Notes under the pieces: model-generated
Database searches by the model: none
Told to the model about the DNA's origin: nothing
Seen by the model: only the letters and a program-made list of their open reading frames with translations
DNA from: Catajapyx aquilonaris
Taxonomy: Eukaryota
Assembly: GCA_000934665.2 (NCBI GenBank)
Contig: KZ537958.1
Coordinates: forward strand, 186,001-241,760
Direction of reading: 5' to 3'
Length of the DNA stretch: 55,760 nt
Shown here: in pieces, positions 55,591-55,760 of the stretch
Position numbering within the stretch: position 1 is the first letter of the stretch
How the letters are laid out: each line of letters opens with the position of its first letter
Position numbers and translations under genes: made by a program

Positions 55591-55760
55591 TTTCTGTTGA
55601 AACACTTGTGTGTATGATCAACAAACTCAGGATTATATGTATAAAGAGACGTCCTGAGCCTGAGTGTGACGCCAGGTTGGCGATGCACATGGCTGTGGGA
55701 GTGACCAGTTGCAATTGGTACACTCCGACCCAGTTCGGGCTTCCGCTGGCCACAGCCAGT

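Overview
Eukaryotic (arthropod) genomic DNA. About 48 kb of the window (2260-49991, + strand) is one spliced Dscam-family gene. I traced it exon by exon, with canonical GT-AG introns and consistent phases, into Ig1-9, FN1-4, Ig10, FN5-6, a transmembrane helix and a cytoplasmic tail ending FTIAV*. That is about 1,880 codons; the signal-peptide exon is not identified and probably lies upstream. The protein is Dscam2-like rather than hypervariable Dscam1: the Ig2-N and Ig3-N exons are single copy, while Ig7 is encoded by two divergent tandem exons (27025-27309, 27526-27804) that look mutually exclusive. These have a hairpin between them and a YGCY cluster downstream. The cytoplasmic region has alternative donors, candidate frame-coupled micro-exons and a dense TGCATG cluster. 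Downstream lies an apparently intact 3-exon minus-strand gene for a 306-aa basic protein with two HMG-box-like repeats and an AT-hook. It is divergent from a decayed, intron-containing Merlin/IS1595-type transposase, which is interrupted next to its first catalytic Asp by a 503-bp inverted-repeat element with no target-site duplication. Several palindromic MITE-like elements lie in the introns. Homology calls are from motif recognition, not database searches.
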